A stretch of DNA of 64,000 nucleotides from assembly GCF_009914755.1 (NCBI RefSeq), contig NC_060933.1. One strand, 5' to 3'. Both the position numbers and the translations under genes were made by a program. This document shows, in pieces, positions 25,631 to 42,770 of the stretch (its first letter is position 1; each line of letters opens with the position of its first letter). The notes below the pieces were generated by a model. It saw only the letters and a list, made by a program, of their open reading frames with translations, had not been told where the DNA came from and did not search any database. This stretch comes from the human T2T-CHM13v2.0 reference genome, Homo sapiens.

Positions 25631-26777
25631 AAGATCACATGACCAATTATTAACTTACTTTGGGGGACAGTCACACAAAGACACTTCCTTTCTGGTTTCA
25701 GAATAATTGGGAAGCCAAATTAATAGCCAGAAGGTTCCTGAGGGGAATGTAGAATCAGGGCGGAGGTGGCAGGCAGTCTTGAAGGATCTTTCATCCTAGT
25801 CATGGTGAGGCCTGATAGCTATGACTTCTTCAGTTAAACTGATGTCTTTATACTAAAATATTTTGTCATCATCAACCTTATTTATATTGCAATCTAGATA
25901 GCTGTTGACTTGCAATATTTACCATATTATGAAGCACTTCAAAGCTCTGGATGTGCCCAGATGACTCTGCACAATCCGCAAAGACCTTCATTTGTCCCAG
26001 CTTCAGTGACAGCAAAAGGGTCACTGCTTGGCCCTGGGCTTTCAGGAAGAGAGCACACTCCTGTAAACCACTAAGAGAGATGGTCTAGAGCAAGGCACAC
26101 GGGAGAATTAAGTGTTCATTTGGGAGAACTCAGCATCTAGCCCTCAGGGAAACAGGTTCCCATATCAAAAATTGAAGATGAGAAGGAGATATTGATTGCT
26201 TAGATGTAGTTATGATAGCTATTTCTATTGGTTTAAGATAGTTATTTTTATTTTTCCACATGTGACATACATAAATGATTTAATATATGCTCTTGACTAT
26301 TCTTCTTATGACAGTTTCAGTATGTTTTCATCTCTCTTGGGAGTTGGGGGAGTAGATGTGTATTTCTCACTCTATCTCCGACTCCAACCCTCACCTAAAG
26401 GTAGATTTAGAATCAGATGTGAAACCCAATTCAGATTTATATGGAGATTGAACAAGAAACTAGCAGGGAAGAGAGTCTAGAGCTGTTGAGATATGAGACC
26501 TTCACTATTGTCTTTACAGTCACATGGATATGTTTGCCTGTCTAAAACGGACACAAGAAAGTCAGGCACCCTGATGTGCAGCTCTTTGGAGGCTAAATTA
26601 GATTAATTGGCTCCCTCAATCATTGCCTTCTGGGAGTTTACAGGCTGTGGGAGTATCACTCAACTAGACAGATCTAAAAAATGAAGACAATGAAACAAAA
26701 TAGTCCACAAATTCCGAAGGGAGCAGATACTTGATGAAGTGAGGACTGTTCAAAATTCACTCAGTTGAAAACTGGGT

Positions 26778-28560
26778 GACTCATTCCTTCAGAAAATGTT
26801 GGTTAAGCATCTAATATATAGTCATAGTAAATTAGATACTCTGAATATTGGGATTAATAACACAGATAGGACCCCTTGTTCTATTCCTTGTTCTTACATT
26901 ATGATGGGGAGGATAGAAAATAGGCATATAAAAAGGCAGTACAATTTGGAGGAATCATCAGTGCTAGAAGGAAAAATGAAGCCTTGTGAGTGAGTTGAGA
27001 GTGATGGGGGTGCTATAATAGCTGGGGAGTCAGAACTGAAGGAAGTGAGAGAGCAAAGCCATTAGGGGGCCCAGAGAAGAGTTTTTCAGGTGGAGGGGAC
27101 CTCAATGTCAGAGGTTCCGAGACAGGAAGAAGCTTGGTGTGTTTGAGTTGCAGCACAAAGGCCATTTGCATGGACAGAGCAGAGAGAGCAAGGAGAGAAT
27201 GATTAAAAATGAGATGAAAGACACAGAGGAAACCAGGGCCTTCTAAGCAATGGGAGGAAGCCTAGATTTTATTCTCATTGCTCTATGGGATGTCTCTGGA
27301 GGGCATGATCTGAAGAGCAACATAACCTGATACACAATTGGAAAGTATTACTCTGGCTGCTCTGTAGAGGAGCAGGAATAGACACAGGAAGACTATTGGT
27401 AGTCCTAGTAAGGATGGAGAGTGGCCGGGACTGTGGGGATGCGAGGAGAGATGGAGAATACTCAGGTGGATGATAGGTTCTGAGGCAGTCAATTAAAGAT
27501 TAATTGACTTAAGATTGGATATGGGTTGTGAAGAAAAGTGAGAACTAACAGGATGACACAGTATTTGACCTGGCGGCTGAGAATGGGAGCACTAGGGAAG
27601 AAAAGGTAAAGGATGGAGGGAAAATAAAAGTTCTGTTTTGGACATGTTAAAGTTTAGATCCCTGTTAGACATACAAGTGGAACTCTCCAATAGGCAGAAA
27701 AGGTACGTCTGGAGTTTAGAGAAGAGGTCATAGAGAAGGCACAAATTCATGAGTTCTTAGAATACAGATGGTGCCCAAAGCCATAGGACTGGATGCGATA
27801 ACTTACAGAGAGAGTGTGGGTAGTCAAGAGAGGAGAGGAGAGGAGAGAAGAGAGCTGAGTTGGAAGCCTGGCAGTATGTCAACATTTAAAGGTCCACAAG
27901 AAGCACTTCAGGGAGATTAAGAAAGAGAAGTCCAGAGAAGTGACAGTCAGATTTGCAAGATGGAGGTCATTGGTTGGATGGTTTTTTATCCATGTAATTT
28001 ATACTCCAACCCATGGTTTTTTAAGAGTGACAGAAAAGTTATTAATAATTTTGCCAAGACAATAGGTGTAAGCTGGGACTGTCCTGGGCAAACAAGAACA
28101 TATGGTCACCCTAGGCTTTGGTGACCCTGTTAAGACTGGTTTCAGCAGAGCTGTCGTGATGGCAATCTAATTTGTGTGGGCTGAGAAGAGAATAAAAGGT
28201 GAAGAAAAACGGAAAGCACAGATGACCTTTTGGAAGGAATTTCACGATGAAGGGAGCAGAAAAATAGGACATGGCTAGAGAGGATATGAAATAAAAGTTT
28301 GTTTTTAAATGGGAGAGATAACCTCTATGTATGCTAATATGAAGGATCCAGGAGAGATGAAAAATTTAATAGTGCAGGGGAAAAGGAATAGCTACAGAAG
28401 GAGAGCTGGGGAATAAGAAAGGGATTCTGCACACAAGTGGAACGGCTGACATTAGATGTGAGTGGATTCAGCCTGTCCATTTTAACGAGGGGAGGCAGAC
28501 TATGTGGACACAGGTGTACATCGTTGCTAAATTTGGCAGTGGGAAATGAGTTGACGCTTT
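26778..28560 (-). mobile_element. L2 LINE (L2a-like), long fragment
   Basis: Purine-rich plus strand with L2 motifs TTTTGGACATGTTAAAGTTT, ACTCTGGCTGCTCTGTAGAG, GATGGAGGTCATTGG. Confidence 0.85.
27985..28113. mobile_element. MER94 (hAT-Blackjack) inside L2
   Basis: TATTAATAATTTTGCCAAGACAA...GGGACTGTCCTGGGCAAAC...ATATGGTCACCCTA. Confidence 0.8.
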
Positions 28561-29974
28561 AGCCAAAGCAAGAGAGATTCCACTTTTTGTGAAATCCTCC
28601 TTTCCTTCCCATAAGAAGTCACAGTCTACCCATCTGGGGGCAATTTTCTTCATAGGCGTTAAGAAGAGGTATGTGAGCTATTTCTTCTCTCAGGAAAATG
28701 CCCCAACATGGAGCCTTTAATAGTTTACCAGCAAATGTGGAAATTCTCCCAGGTCCAATTTAGATCTGGCAGAGAAGATGAATATTACTAGTCAGTCAGT
28801 AACTGCCTGTAACAGATGTTTTTGTTGAATGTTAACATGAACAGTTCTATTTGGCCTTTTCAGAACTGGAATTAAGAAATAAAAGAAACAGCTAAGGGTA
28901 CATTGAGACCCAGGTGGGAAAAATCCTTTGACCGGAGCCACAAAATAGAATGTCTAGTAAAAGCTTTAACACCCAAGAACTGTGTGACCTTGGGGAAATC
29001 ACTGTGTCTTAATTGTTTGATCTGTAAGAGGGAGAAAAAGAGTGAATATCAAGCAAAGGCAGGTGTTTGTGGATATATGGACTTTCTACAAACTATTAGT
29101 AGGAATTTTAGGAAAATGTAAGCTTTTTGTGGGGACAGCATAAAACAAACCAAGCAAATGAGTATTTCCAACAATTTGATGCCTAAGATTAACTTAGTTC
29201 AGATAACTTAGAAAAGAAAACCAGAATTAAATGGTTCAAAATACAAATTGCATTTTTTACAGAGTCAAATCCCCTTGAAAGCAAAGCCTATTTTTTCTCT
29301 CTTTTTGAATTAAACTTCCATTTCCCTAGTCAGCCAGTACAGTTGCTTAAAGAAAATTTACTCATCTGAAAAATGGTGTATAAATAGCTATTACCAGAGG
29401 TGACTTTAGTTACTACAGACAAGGGCTCACTGCAGTGGAATTACAGTGCAGCTCACCTTTGGTGTTCTCCAGTGTAACAATCACACCTGCTGAGGTTCCG
29501 TAGGTAGGACCCAGGCTTTCGCCAATGAGACACTGCTGCTCCTGGCACTTCATGCCACCTCTACATGCCACTGTCACAGTGAGAATTCACCTGGACTTAA
29601 AGATCAGTGCTCTGTAAATTGATTGTTTACATTGTTGAAGACAAAGTCCCTAGGAACAGGCTTTTTAAAATGGCACAGGAGCAGCAATTTGTGGATGCTA
29701 CACTCAAGACAGTTTAAAGAACTGGTTAATGTTCTTCGTTATTGATCTAAAGGACCATTCTGATAATGACTAAGCTCAAACTAGGTGTACCTCCCATCCA
29801 TTGTATCCAAATCCAGCTTCCCCATTCTTGACAGGGTAAAAGCAAAGGATGCATTGCATAAGCACTTACAGATAAATTCAGCTCATCCTCTTGTGTTGAA
29901 AATGCCAATTACTGAGAAACATTTACTATGTGATTATTTACCATCAATAGCATTTGTTTTCTTGTTTTCATTGA

Positions 29975-30291
<317 letters not shown>

Positions 30292-31441
30292 TGAAACATA
30301 CTTTAAACTTTGCTTTTTTAAAATTAACACAATATAAACTTTGAAGAAATAGAATGAGGAATACAGTATTTCATTTTACATTCTCATTTAGGGTTCAGGT
30401 CCAGATGCTTAGAAAACAGTATAGACAACTGGAGCCATTTCCTATGGACATTGACCCACCATTCAGAATCCACCTGTGAGGTACAGAGATAATGATCATT
30501 GTGATAAGAACCATCACGGAGTGTAGACAAGGTTATTTTGATAGTTCATAGGCTCTATGAACTCTTACTTTTGGAGACTCTTATCTTTTATTACACATAT
30601 TAAAATGCTCTCATTCCACATTAAATGTAATATATACATGAGTTGAATGGAGTTGCCCTCAACTAGTTGACCTAATGTCACAATCCAGAGACATTTAATT
30701 AAACACTTGTAATTTCAATGTTGCTGTCTTCCTTGCAATATTGTGCGGCCAATAAAATATTTTTAATCTTTCAAACATTTCTGTGGAGGTTGACTCAAAC
30801 ACTTGTTCATTTCAACACTGCAATTTTCTTTTCCTGTTTTTTTGGAGTCAATGATTTTTTTTTTGTTTGTAATGTCATAAACACTTCTATGGGTGCATGA
30901 AAAACTTATGGAACTATGTATGGCATGGTGCCTTAGGGCTTAAAAGATAAAATGGCCCTAGATGTTGACAAGGACCTTGGCCTTGAACAATGCCTGAAGC
31001 TTTAGCTGTGTCAAATTTAAGAACAAATTGCACTGCAATGTAAATATTTCTCATGGCATTCCACCTTCTCTTTACCAAATCCAATGAAATAATTCTTCAA
31101 AACTTTTCATCCAGATTTTGCTTTTCCTTTCTTCTTCCGCAACATTTTTATAGACCGTTATCATGTCAGACACAAACTATTACAATAGACTTTTATTTTG
31201 TCTCCCTGCCTGAAGTTCTTTTGTCCTTCAATAGAGGGTGAACAGATTAGCCTTGCTAAATAATTAAGTATATTTAATTAACCAACTAATTAAATTGACT
31301 TGTCTATTTTGTAGTAATTTACTATGAATTTTTGCAGTTTAAACATAAATGTTTGGCTTTATCTAAAATAGCTTCTACGTTTCCAAGAAATCTTTTCTAC
31401 TTACTTTTCTTTGACTATATTTATCACTTTCTCACCCTTGT

Positions 31442-32220
31442 TTGTCCATTAATCCAGGCATTCAACAAATATCATTAAGTACCTACAGAGTCTCAGACAT
31501 CACACCAGTCACCAAGGATTCCGTGATGAATAAGAGCAATACCTGCCTTTTTTATTTATTTATTTTAAATTTTATTTTATCTTATTTTAAGTTCCAGGAT
31601 ACATGTGCAGGACGTGTAGGTTTGTTACAGAGGTAAACGTGTGCCATGGTGATTTGCTGCACCTATCAACCTATCACCTAGGTATTAAGCCCCACATGCA
31701 TTAGCTCTTTATCCTGATGCTCTCCCTCTGCCATCCCCAACCCCTGTGACAGGCCGCAGTGTGTGTTGTTCCCCTCCCTGTGTCCATCTGTTCTCATTGT
31801 TTAGCTACCACTTATAAGTGAGAACATGCAGTGTTTTCTGTTCCTTTGTCAGTTTGCTGAGGATAATGGCTTCCAGCTCCATCCATGTCCCTGCAAAGGA
31901 CATGATCTCGTTCCTTTTTATGGCTGCATAGTATTCCATGGTGTATATAAGGTAGTCCTATTTTAGAAAGGGCAAATAATAAAATACATATGTCTGAAAT
32001 GCCACTGGTTCTTTGATAGAGGTAAGTACAGACTACAGTGAAAACCACAAAGGAAAAATGGTCTATTCTGCCTGATTTGGGGAATAAAGGGGAGGGGAGG
32101 GTGGTTCAGGAAAAGCTTATTTCTGGAAAATGTATAATCATCTGCCTGATATACATTTGGGCAAGGGCACTCCAGGCAGAAGTAGTACTATGAGCAAAGG
32201 CATCAAGGCAAGAAAGACAT
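31442..32220 (-). mobile_element. L2 3' fragment interrupted by L1PA
   Basis: CATTCAACAAATATCATTAAGTACCTAC tail; resumes after 31948 with L2-like CACTCCAGGCAGA...AGCAAAGGC. Confidence 0.65.
31548..31948 (-). mobile_element. 5'-truncated L1PA (about PA8-PA10) 3'UTR
   Basis: T-rich tail, GATACATGTGCAGGACGTG...CCACTTATAAGTGAGAACATGC...GTATTCCATGGTGTATA. Confidence 0.92.
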
Positions 32221-32235
32221 TTAAAAAATATTGTT

Positions 32236-32571
<336 letters not shown>

Positions 32572-32679
32572 TTAAAATTATAATGTTTTTTATTAAAAAT
32601 AAAATATTTGGATAAAATAATGTTGAGTTCTAATATACTTATTTTTCAACTTTTCAATATTTTTTCAGTTACTTTAATA

Positions 32680-32962
32680 TTCCGGAAAACAACCATTTTA
32701 AAAACACATAAAAACATGGCTCTAGGAACATACATTTTTACTTTTGTCTCAAGCTCCAATATGGCTTGGCACAGCACTGTCAGATCTTATTTTTATTTAA
32801 AATTTTGACATTTTGTTCATCATGGATCTTTTGCATTAATTCTGATTTTTAAAAAATGTTTCATTAAAAAGTTAGTCATCTTAGTTACTCAGTTTTCTAA
32901 GGCCACCTAAATTTCATACTCAAGGCAAGTGCTTCCTTTGTCTTCCCCTAATCCCAGGCCTG
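32680..32962. mobile_element. hAT-Tip100-like DNA transposon fragment
   Basis: Ends CCTAATCCCAGGCCTG (CAGGGCCGG-type TIR); AT-rich interior. Confidence 0.5.
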
Positions 32963-33911
32963 GAAAAAGCCATCATATCAATGTTTTAAAGATCACTTTC
33001 TTATAGTGATGAGTACGGGTTGCTAAAGACTTTGGTGGTTAAAAACCGAGAAATTGAGGGAAATTCAGTATCTATCATAATAGTTTAGGTGGAAAACCAC
33101 AGAGGCTTGAACCAAGGCAAGAAAGGAGACAAAAAAGTAAGTAGGGGTAAGAGAGGTGCCAGGGGTGAGAGTTAGGGAGAACTTGATAAAAATTGGATGC
33201 ATGGGAATGTTCTCTCTCCTGAGATTCATGCTCCAAATTCTGATTATGAAAGCCCAACAGAGTCACCTTCCTTCAGGAATTCTTTTTAGGTCATTTCATA
33301 CCTTTCTCTGTGGCAAACTCTTCCTTCTTCATGTTTTATTTCTTCAACTACATTATAATCTCTTTGCCGTGAAAGACCATATCTCATATTTCGCTGTTTC
33401 TCTTACTATGTTATAAACACAGTAGATGCTCAATAAATACCTGTTGAAAGAACTGCATCATCAATGTTTTTTAACATCGCTCCAAGGCAGTGCCCGTAAT
33501 AATTAAGCCAACAGAAGAAGAGTTTGAAACTTCTTCCTTGGATATATTTTTAAGGTTAGAATACTCATTTATCCACCCAAGATGGCATAAATGACTTTTT
33601 AGGGCCCTTTGCAAGACATGATTAACAGCCCTTTTCTGAGAAGAGTTTTATATATGTTACTGCTAATAGCAAGAGAACTTCTCCTGGGGCCATTTTCCCT
33701 TTTATGTGATTACACTGATATTTTAGAGAAAATGAAATTACTGCATCCCAGCTGGGCAGTTCTTTTTGAATTTATAAAATGCAGAAATTGCTATAAGACC
33801 ATAAAGTTGAATCAGGTCTCTTATCCAATCATCAATAGATAATTTTGGTTTTTATAACCCATCTTATAAAAGTTCTACTGTGGTTACCAAAGTCAAAAAT
33901 TTGACATTAGT

Positions 33912-33926
33912 GTTGCCCTTGGCAAC
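33912..33926. promoter_or_regulatory. Second RFX X-box-like palindrome
   Basis: GTTGCC-CTT-GGCAAC, perfect 6-bp inverted half-sites. Confidence 0.45.
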
Positions 33927-34663
33927 TGAATGCAGAGATTTCTCTGGAAATTATTCCAGTTATACTAAAAAGATAATTAACACTTAGTTACAGAAAAATC
34001 TGAATTTAATGTATCTGAGTGTAGCTTTATCAGATTTCCTCTTATGGTGATATCTTGATACATTTTACCAGAAATTACAATTTTTATTATTCATTATTAT
34101 CACTATTATTTTGAATGAGGGGGTTTCAGTAATGCTCTACAGGGACTAGATCAGTTCTGTGTATACCCCTCGTATTCTGCCTTTCACCTTCTGAATGACA
34201 GACATAATGCTGGAAGTGGAGCAAGAACTTGACGCAGGGGTGAAGTGCTGCACCAGCTTGGATGATCTGAATCTAGGCTTCTGATTTTGTGGAAAAAACA
34301 CAATCATTAATATGTTCAAACTACTATTGTTCCATTTTCTACCTTTCAGAGCTAAATATAATATCAAACTGATAACAAAATTTGGTATCTCGAAGGAGGA
34401 TGCTTTCAGTAATCCTAAAATGTGAAACTGAAATTGTGGGAGAAATAGAAATGGGGCTTTGGGTAACAAGCACCTAGAGACTTTAAGTCAGAAAGCTGGT
34501 GATATTTGTTAAGTAGTGGCAGAACATTTGATTTAATTGCTGCCTGCTTTACTGGTAATGCAGGTAATCGGCTAAATGAGGTTATACGATAAGGAGAAAT
34601 GATGGCAAAGATTTTATATATGGGTATGTACTAGCTCTACTACCTTCAGACAAATCTGACTGA

Positions 34664-35035
<372 letters not shown>

Positions 35036-35331
35036 GAAACACCTTTATTTTCTAAAGAATCTTTCCCTGACTTTTGTCTACAAGTTATGGTGAAAAGAGT
35101 CCTGAAGGCAATTGGTTCTGTCCTTCAAACTTGAAGCAATTATGAATGGTGATTGACAAATAGTAGCCTACATACTGGTGCTCCACTGGAAGAAGGCACA
35201 GAGCCTGCCAGTAGTGATGGGATCCGGGATGTTGCTTCCCCCTGGGAACTGATTGTTTCTAACTGCTTCTGGACAACAGCCATTGAATCCAGGGCAAGAA
35301 AGAAGGGCAGAGCATGGAGTCGTGAACATGA

Positions 35332-35802
<471 letters not shown>

Positions 35803-36384
35803 TAAGACTGTCCCCAGATTCTCTATGATTAGTAAACCCCTAAAATAGTCCCTGGTTACTAAAAGCACACCAATAGCAAGTTGGTTTTGAATGCTGTGTA
35901 GCCCTAGGAAGAGCATCTTTACCAAGCAACATCGGAGGGGAGAGCCAGAAGGGGAGGGGAAGAGGGACTCCGGTAGATCCTTCCAGAGAGAATAAACAAA
36001 TTCAGCCAGATCGGCCAACCAAGGAACTTACCCATGGCAAGATAGGAAGCCTTTGCTACTCTTGTCAAGCAGAATGGCCTAATTTCTATGATGACTGTGT
36101 GCTTTAATAACTGATGACTGTGCACTTTCCAGCCTCTTTTCCAAATGGGCGCTTATTATGGTAGTCCTGCTTCTTCTCCACTATTGTACATGGAGGGCAG
36201 ACCAATTTTCCTTTGGTTTATAGGCTAGCAGACCCATAACAAACCAAACAAACAAACAAACAATTTTCCATTTGTATCTGATGGAAAGACTGCATATCTC
36301 CCACAGTACCTACATTTTAAGCTGGATGCAAGAAATGCAAGAGCCTTTGAGGTTATCTCACTTGGAATGTTCTTTGGAAAGAAA

Positions 36385-36434
36385 CTTGGGCTCTGATAAA
36401 TGCTTAACAACCAGCTGAGATAGGGTTGTGTAGA

Positions 36435-36465
<31 letters not shown>

Positions 36466-37451
36466 ATATATTTATTATAAATGTTGCTGATATAAAGGAT
36501 GTGTATCTCATAACTTACAAATAATAATAGTAATATATACAGTACTCTTTATTGTAAACTCCTTATGACCAATTGATTCTTACAGAATGTGTTTTTTGAC
36601 AAAAAAAAATTGCAAATAAGTGTAATTCCCACATGAATGATGGTTGATATGTTTGTTTTTATGAGTAAGATGAAAATGAAGCAATGAAGATGTAATGAAG
36701 AGTATGTCAGAATTTATTTATTCAATGATGAAAGCAACTTTTTTCAGATCCTAGTTGTCAAATACTGAAATAATGTTTCCTCGATTTTTGGTGCTACTTA
36801 CCATATAGAGGCTATTGTCATAATATACCTTTAGTTTAATTTACATTAGTAATATTTTCTTTATGATTAAGTCTAGACAATTAATAAACAGAAAGATCAA
36901 GCCCTGATTTAGAGTATTTGCTGAATCCTGTGGTGTAAATACTCCCACCATGGCTGATTTCAAGATACCAACGTGATGTCAATGAAGGTGGAATTGGATC
37001 AAATGCATTTTATCACATCACTTTGAAGTATCTCCATTATACAGATATGACACATGCAACTTCAAGATCATAGATAATAGAAAAATGTGGTAAAATAATT
37101 AAGAAGTCATGAATTTTGAGTATATATCACCTTTGTTTTAGATGCCATTTATTTAACTGTAAATGTATATAATTTTGTTTATTTATACTTTTTCAGAGAG
37201 AAGGCTTTGCTCTGTTGCCCAGGCTGGAATGCAGTGGTGTGATCATGGCTCACGCAGCCTCGAAATTCTGGGCTCAAATGATCTTCTTGCCTCAGCCTCT
37301 TGAGTAGCTGGAATTACAGGTGTGCACCATCATGCCTACCTTATATATTAATTCTTAATAATGGCTATCTCTAACAATCAACTCACAAAATGTCTGAAAT
37401 TGTAACAGCTGGCATTTGTGAGCTGGTACAAGCCTTATTTCCATACCACTA
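36385..37451. mobile_element. Arthur1/MER69-like hAT-Tip100 element, with (CA)n at ~36436-36461
   Basis: TAAATGCTTAACAACCAGCT start, AAATACTCCCACCATGGCTGATTTCAAG core, GAGCTGGTACAAGCC...ACCACTA end. Confidence 0.75.
37170..37340 (-). mobile_element. Free Alu monomer (FRAM/FAM-like)
   Basis: Single old right-type monomer inside the Arthur1-like element. Confidence 0.85.
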
Positions 37452-37747
37452 GAAATAAGGGTACATCTGAATGACAGGAAACCAAGGGGGTAGATTGTGG
37501 CAAACCATGATAGTTGCCTGCCCAATAGTTATCCTTCTATTTTTCTTGACTAATAATAGTGGATGAAGTATATGTCAGGTTAAAAAATGATATTTCTTAG
37601 CCTTCCATGCAGATAGGGGCGGCCTTATAACACATCACTGCCTAATAAAATAAATTATTGATGTTGAGTGAGACTTCCTTAAAATCTCCTTAAAAATGGG
37701 CAGGAGGAAACAGACATGTGCTTTTTGTTCTTTTCCCATTCCATTTC

Positions 37748-38090
37748 TGTCGGTCATATTAGGCTAATGCTAATTAGCTACTGCTAATGCTGCAGTGAAA
37801 ATTTAATTCCCAAATGTCAGCGACTTAACACAACAAAAGTTTCTCACTTCACTTCCATTGCAGGTTGCTGGGGCAGCTCTGATCCACATACGACTTAGGG
37901 ACCCAGGATGCAGCTGCTTCAACATCTTGTAGCCGTACTATCTGGAATACATGGGCTGCCAGTTGTCATGACTACTCTCCTATGTTCAGCCCAAAAGCTA
38001 AGCACTTTATTTCTTCATATAGCCCATTGGCCAGAATTATTCATATGTCTCACTACAGGATGGGCTGGGAGTGTACCTTCATTATGTAGG
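37748..38090 (-). mobile_element. MLT1K/L-like LTR
   Basis: GACTTAACACAACAAAAGTT...AGGGACCCAGG...CCCATTGGCCAGAA. Confidence 0.65.
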
Positions 38091-38099
38091 AAAAAATAA

Positions 38100-38277
38100 A
38101 ACATAATTGTGAGAATTATCCAAATGTGACATAGAGGCTCGAAATGAGCACATGGTGTTGGAAAAATGGCACCCATAGACTTGGTAGATGCAGGATTGCC
38201 ACAAACCTACAACTGGTAAAAAACAATATCTACAAAATACAACAAAGCAAAGTGCAATAAAATGAGATACACTTGTA
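38100..38277 (-). mobile_element. Tigger1 5'-terminal fragment
   Basis: Reverse of Tigger1 start: GTTGGAAAAATGGCACCCATAGACTTG...AAAGTGCAATAAAATGAGATACACTTG+TA. Confidence 0.85.
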
Positions 38278-38371
38278 CAAGACCAACAAGTGAAACCACG
38301 AAGAAGGGTACACAACCAACACATAGCCTTCCTTTGTCCAAGCGAAAGACACACATTCTAAGAAGACAGCA

Positions 38372-38599
38372 CATCAGCCTGGACAACATAGTGAGAACCT
38401 AGCTCTACAAAAAATAAAATATATTAGATGGGTGTGATGGCACCTGCCTCTGGTTCTAGTTACTTGGAAGGCTGAAGCGGGAGGATTGCTTGAGCCTAGG
38501 AGTTTGAGGCTGCAGTGAGCCATGACTGTGCTACTGCACTCCAGTCTGGACAACAGAGTGAGAACCAGTCTCAAAAAAAAGGAAAAGAAAAAGAAAAAG
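38372..38599 (+). mobile_element. 5'-truncated AluJ
   Basis: Starts at CAGCCTGGACAACATAG; J-type GAGGATTGCTTGAGCC. Confidence 0.9.
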
Positions 38600-39391
38600 A
38601 TATCACTGTTGTTGTATTGTTGTGTATCCCTAAAGCAGAGTGATCATGAAGGTACAGTTTTTATAGGAGAAATAATTTTAAACATTAATGTTTTCTTTTT
38701 TACCTTTCTGAGTATAAGACTTTTACTCTAAATCTGTCCTCAGTATCTATTTGTCTGAGGGAAGCTTAGTAATTAAAGCAGAAGGTATGCAAAGAGAAAG
38801 AGGAGGTAATATTCAGCTCTTGACATGAGCTTGGTTTGTGCAATAAGAATATCTCGCAAACCAGATTATTTTCTTGAGAAAGAATTTTTCCAAATTTCTT
38901 CATGCTCCATTTAGCATATCAAGGCCAAGTCTGTCCTTAAGGCTAATCTTCAGTCAGAAAGAAAAAAGATATGATATAGAGTTAATAGAAAAACCTACAT
39001 ATCTTGTCCTTGAAAATAGTAGGATGAGAGAGAAGGAAAGGAGACAGCGAAAGGAAGTGTTGCAACCAGACATAAATGTCTTGGCTTTGCCCTTTCTGGG
39101 TTTAGACTACAAGACAGAAAGAGATGTGTTATTACATCAGTGATGATACTCCTCAAGGTAAAGAAGAGGCATTGTTCCCACTACCCTGGGGCATAGTCAC
39201 AGAAACAAACAGGCTTAGAGAGAGGAGCTCCTGCAGTTTGGTATGCCCATGCTATTCTTCCTTCTTAGGTGGTGCAGATTTTGAGTTGAAGCCAATGGGT
39301 CTGCTAGGGGAGATGCTGGGGGTGAACTGCCACATAAAAGGACTAGACAGATGGCCCAGCTAGAGAAACTGAGTCACAAAAATGGAACCTT

Positions 39392-39695
39392 GGCTGGGCA
39401 TAGTGGCTCACACCTGTAATCCCAGCACTTTGGGAGGCTGAGGCAGGCAGATCACTTGAGCCTGGGGGTTTGACACCAGCTTGGGCAATATGGAAAAACC
39501 TTGCCTCTACAAAAAATACAAAAAAAAAAAAAAAAAAAAGCCAGGTGTGGTGCTGTGCATCTATAGTCCTGGCTTCTCGGGACGCTGAGGTGGGAGAATC
39601 ACATGAGCCAAAGGAATTCGAGGCTGCATTGAACCACTGCACTCCATCCTGGGTGACAGAGCGAGACCCTGTCTTAAAAAAAAAAATTAAAAAAA
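39392..39695 (+). mobile_element. AluJ
   Basis: Full dimer with an expanded A-rich linker. Confidence 0.93.
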
Positions 39696-39708
39696 GGATG
39701 AATCCTAA

Positions 39709-40180
<472 letters not shown>

Positions 40181-40803
40181 CACATGACATTTTAAAGAAA
40201 GGAGCAGGAGAAACAATAGATTATTAAGGGCATAAACGTTTTTCCCCTGCAGAAACTAAGCTTTGCCTCAAGGGACAATTTAAATTTTGGGGTTGAACTA
40301 AATTTAATCTAGATCAAATTATTTGGTTAATTTATCTTCCTACTAACCAGCAAATTTATAATGATCTTCAGGAAAAGTGTGAACTGTAACTACATAAGTA
40401 TAGGCAAATTAAAAGAACTAGCTATTTTCAGCAGTGGTGTTCATTAAATTTTGTGACCTTACCACAGAGTATTTCTGCTGTCAGCCTCTCGAAATAAACG
40501 TATTTTGCAAGGTATGCTGCTGATGCCGTGAAGGTATCAAATAAGCAGATTTGCCCCCAGTGTAGGTACTGGTAACTCACTGACAGATTTGTTACATTGT
40601 TCCTCATACATAGATTCAGTACCATCTCTCCATTCATTCACTCTAACTATCTGGTGAATTATCTGGGATACACCAGTAAACAGGTACAGTTTTGCCTTCA
40701 AGTAGTAAATAGTATAGGGACTCCTCCTACTCCGAACACACCTGTGTTCAGTGTCTCTGTGTGTTTGTGTGTGTGCGTGCACGTGCATGTGTGCACATAT
40801 GTG

Positions 40804-42377
<1,574 letters not shown>

Positions 42378-42544
42378 TATATGCATATGTAAGTGTGTAT
42401 GTGTTTGTTGTCGAGGACATGTGTGCTTCTTCTTGGAGGACTGCATAAAGATACCATTGTCTTTTATTCTTCCACCTCATTTTTAGAGACTAGATAAATC
42501 TGCATATGAGGGCCTGGCCCCTTTTTAGTACTTTTCAGCCTCGG

Positions 42545-42770
42545 ATAGTGGTGGAAAACATGTGAATCCTAGTTCAAATTTCCTCTCACTCTTTGTAGGG
42601 TTGTGAGCCCATTATGTATTTTTTCTGTGCCTCATCTTTTCAACTCGAAAATGGGGACATAAGGTACACTTAGTCATGGAGTTATTAAGGAGATTAAAAT
42701 AAATCCGTTAATATTAGTGAAGTGCCTGGAGTAAGCCTTCCCATAGCTCTATGTAAGCAGCTGTTAAAGT
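42545..42770 (+). mobile_element. MIR
   Basis: TCTGTGCCTCATCTTTTCAACTCGAAAATGGGGACAT core. Confidence 0.65.

Noticed and set aside
34146-34469. 107-aa minus-strand ORF
   Set aside because: Non-ATG start, and it lies antisense within MLT1J LTR and internal sequence.
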